Shown piece after piece: positions 14,527-16,561 of a DNA stretch of 16,561 nucleotides. Under the pieces are notes generated by a model. That model saw only the letters and a list, made by a program, of their open reading frames with translations. It searched no databases and was not told the DNA's origin. This DNA is from Thermotogota bacterium (GTDB lineage Bacteria; Bipolaricaulota; Bipolaricaulia; UBA7950; UBA9294). Position 1 is the stretch's first letter, and each line of letters starts with the position of its first letter. The stretch spans positions 1-16,561 of the forward strand of contig JBDKUT010000110.1 in NCBI GenBank assembly GCA_039679545.1, given 5' to 3'. Made by a program: the position numbers and the translations under genes.

Positions 14527-15408
14527 ATGGCGCAGCGCGTCGCATTCCTCTACCCGGGACAAGGAACGTTGCCACGGGAGGTCGTTCCCGCGCCCGCGAA
14601 CCTCGAGACCTTGTACGGGATCGCGGCGAACGCGGGACTTCCGCTACGCGAGTGGATCGCTGCGGGAAACATGGATCGCTTGAACCGAACCGACGCCGCC
14701 CAGCCGGCCATCTTCCTCGATTCCGTGGTGCGAACGGCCTTGCTGCAAGCCTCCGGAGACACCCCGGACGTCGTCGCCGGCCACAGCCTCGGGGAGTACC
14801 CAGCTCTCGTCGCCGCCGGGGTTCTGACGGCGGAGGACGCCCTGCGCCTTGTTCTCCGTCGCGGCGCTCTGATGAGCGGTATCCCTGGAGGGATGATGGC
14901 CGTTGTGAAGCTCGACCTCGAGCGAGTAAGGTCGCTCTGTGAAGAGATCACACCCCGTGTCCACGTGGCCAATCACAACGGACCGACACAGGTCGTCGTC
15001 TCAGGCTCGGCCGCAGGTCTCGACGTGCTGGCCAAGGTCGTCAAGAGCTATGGCGGTCAGGCGCTGCCGCTGCAGGTATCCGGCCCCTTCCACTCGCCGT
15101 TCATGCGGCCGGCGGAGGACGCCCTGGCGCCGGAGATCGCCCGCACGCCTTTCTTGGTTCCGCGTGTGTCGATCGTTTCGTCGGTCAGCGGACGCGCGGA
15201 GAGCGATCCGGTTCGCTTGAAGGAATTGCTCACAACCCAGACCACGGCGTGCGTTCGGTGGTTGGACGTCCTCGACTCGCTTGTTGCGATGGGCACAACC
15301 CACGCGGTCGAGGTCGGCCCGGGCAACGTCCTCACGAATCTCGGTCACAGAGCCACGGACAGAATTCGATTCTTGACGTTCAAGGAGGCCGTCGATGGCT
15401 CGCTTTGA
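14527..15408 (+). CDS. fabD: Malonyl-CoA:ACP transacylase
   Basis: ATG 14527 after GAGGA. PGQG, AQPAI, GHSLGEY, RRG, N.P.QVVVSG, VSGPFHS, EVGPG; 293 aa. Confidence 0.94.
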   Translation: MAQRVAFLYPGQGTLPREVVPAPANLETLYGIAANAGLPLREWIAAGNMDRLNRTDAAQPAIFLDSVVRTALLQASGDTPDVVAGHSLGEYPALVAAGVLTAEDALRLVLRRGALMSGIPGGMMAVVKLDLERVRSLCEEITPRVHVANHNGPTQVVVSGSAAGLDVLAKVVKSYGGQALPLQVSGPFHSPFMRPAEDALAPEIARTPFLVPRVSIVSSVSGRAESDPVRLKELLTTQTTACVRWLDVLDSLVAMGTTHAVEVGPGNVLTNLGHRATDRIRFLTFKEAVDGSL

Positions 15409-16126
15409 GGGGAAAGTCGCTCTCGTCACGGGCGCTACGCGCGGAATCGGCCGCGCCGTGGCGGCACGGCTTCACGCCGAAGGAGCCCAAGTCGTCGGTC
15501 TGGGCCGGGACAAGGCGGCCGGCGCCGCCCTGGTACGTGAGCTCGCCGGAGCCCACTTCGTCGCGGCGGACGTCGCGAACCTCAATGAGGTCCGCGCCGG
15601 CGTGGATGAAACCGTACGTCGTTTCGGAGGAGTCGATCTCGTCGTCGCGAACGCCGGGATCACCCGCGACGCCCTGGCGCTGCGAATGTCGGAGAAGGAT
15701 TGGAGAGACGTCCTCGACGTCAACCTGAGCGGCACGTTTCACACGATCCACTCCTGCCTGCGGACCCTGCTGCGTCGCCCCGACGCGGCCATCGTCGCCG
15801 TTGCCTCCGTCATTGGCGAGACGGGGAACGTCGGCCAAGCCAACTACGCCGCATCGAAGGCGGGCGTCGTCGCCCTCTGTCGAAGCGTCGCCAAGGAGGT
15901 CGCCGGTCGCGGAGTGCGAGTCAACGTCGTCGCTCCCGGGTTCGTCGAGACAGAGATGACGGACGTGCTTCCGCCCGAGGTCCGAGCCGCGTACCTCGGG
16001 CGGATTCCGCTCGGACGACCGGCACGGCCTGAGGAGATCGCAGACGTGGTGTGCTTCTTGCTTTCGTCGGAGGCTTCCTATATAACTGGGCAGGTGATCG
16101 GTGTCAACGGCGGGCTATTCCCATAG
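15395..16126 (+). CDS. fabG: 3-oxoacyl-ACP reductase
   Basis: TGATRGIG, NAGITRD, GNVGQANYAASK, VAPGFVET.MT, YITGQVIGVNGG; fab operon context. Confidence 0.93.
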   Translation: MARFEGKVALVTGATRGIGRAVAARLHAEGAQVVGLGRDKAAGAALVRELAGAHFVAADVANLNEVRAGVDETVRRFGGVDLVVANAGITRDALALRMSEKDWRDVLDVNLSGTFHTIHSCLRTLLRRPDAAIVAVASVIGETGNVGQANYAASKAGVVALCRSVAKEVAGRGVRVNVVAPGFVETEMTDVLPPEVRAAYLGRIPLGRPARPEEIADVVCFLLSSEASYITGQVIGVNGGLFP

Positions 16127-16156
16127 AACGCGCATGCAAAGGGAGGTTTCTCTGTC

Positions 16157-16405
16157 ATGAGTGACATTGCCGACAAGGTGAAGGCGATCATCTGCGATCA
16201 GTTGATGGTCGACGCGGATGAGGTCACGGATGCATCGTCCTTCGTCGAGGATCTCGGGGCGGACTCGCTCGACACGGTCGAGCTGATCATGGAGTTCGAG
16301 GACGAGTTCGGGGTGGAGATCCCGGACGAAGAGGCCGAGAAGATCTCGACCGTCGGAGAAGCCACAGCCTATCTCGAGAAACTCCTTGCCAAGAAAGCGG
16401 CCTAG
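16157..16405 (+). CDS. acpP: Acyl carrier protein
   Basis: [21 protein letters not shown] phosphopantetheine site; acidic, 82 aa. Confidence 0.97.
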   Translation: MSDIADKVKAIICDQLMVDADEVTDASSFVEDLGADSLDTVELIMEFEDEFGVEIPDEEAEKISTVGEATAYLEKLLAKKAA

Positions 16406-16423
16406 GAACTCCGAGGCAGCGCG

Positions 16424-16458
16424 AAGGGGACAGCGAGTCGAATCGCGGGTCCCTTTTT
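16424..16458 (+). terminator. Putative intrinsic terminator after acpP
   Basis: Outer stem AAGGGGAC (16424-16431) / GTCCCTTT (16449-16456), inner GCGA/TCGC stem, T5 tract at 16454-16458. Confidence 0.55.
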
Positions 16459-16498
16459 CGTTGGATTCGGGAAGCCGAGGCGTCCAGGAGACGAGCGA

Positions 16499-16561
16499 AT
16501 GAACGCACCATCGTGGACTGACGAGGCGTTGAAGGCCTACCTGGAGCGGCTCGCCTCGAGC
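16499..16561 (+). CDS. 5' fragment of a gene, possibly cyclodeaminase/cyclohydrolase family (FTCD_C-like)
   Basis: SD AGGAG 8 nt upstream of ATG 16499. MNAPSWTDEALKAYLERLASS resembles the 'xxFLxxLAS(xxPxPGGG)' N-terminus of that family, but only 21 codons are visible. Confidence 0.45.
   Translation, partial: MNAPSWTDEALKAYLERLASS

Noticed and set aside
1..16561. CRISPR array, IS element, selenocysteine recoding or pseudogenes
   Set aside because: No repeat-spacer units, transposase, terminal inverted repeats, or in-frame stops inside recognisable genes were seen on reading.

Overview
GC-rich bacterial window of mostly housekeeping and envelope genes. No mobile element, CRISPR array or defence island is seen. 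Left to right: a truncated class-V PLP aminotransferase (minus strand, missing from the ORF track); lemA plus a DUF2207-type membrane protein; a secreted DUF922-like HExxH protein; a minus-strand hydrogenase maturation operon hypB-hypA-hypF (no hypC/D/E) with archaeal-looking motifs; a divergent run of an exported DUF1573 / Cys-less rhodanese fusion, a membrane-anchored CxxC thioredoxin-fold protein, a SigB/SigF-type sigma factor, an unknown small helical protein and an SDR; a convergent exported VWA protein with a Cys-rich insert; tRNA-Leu(GAG) followed by plsX-fabH-fabD-fabG-acpP; and the first 21 codons of a probable cyclodeaminase/cyclohydrolase. Six promoter-like elements show -35/17 bp/-10 geometry. 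The best leads are the archaeal-type hypBAF cassette, the uncharacterised envelope thiol/metal module with the orphan sigma factor, and a pho-box-geometry tandem repeat upstream of the DUF922-like gene. All family assignments come from motif recognition by eye; no database search was run.
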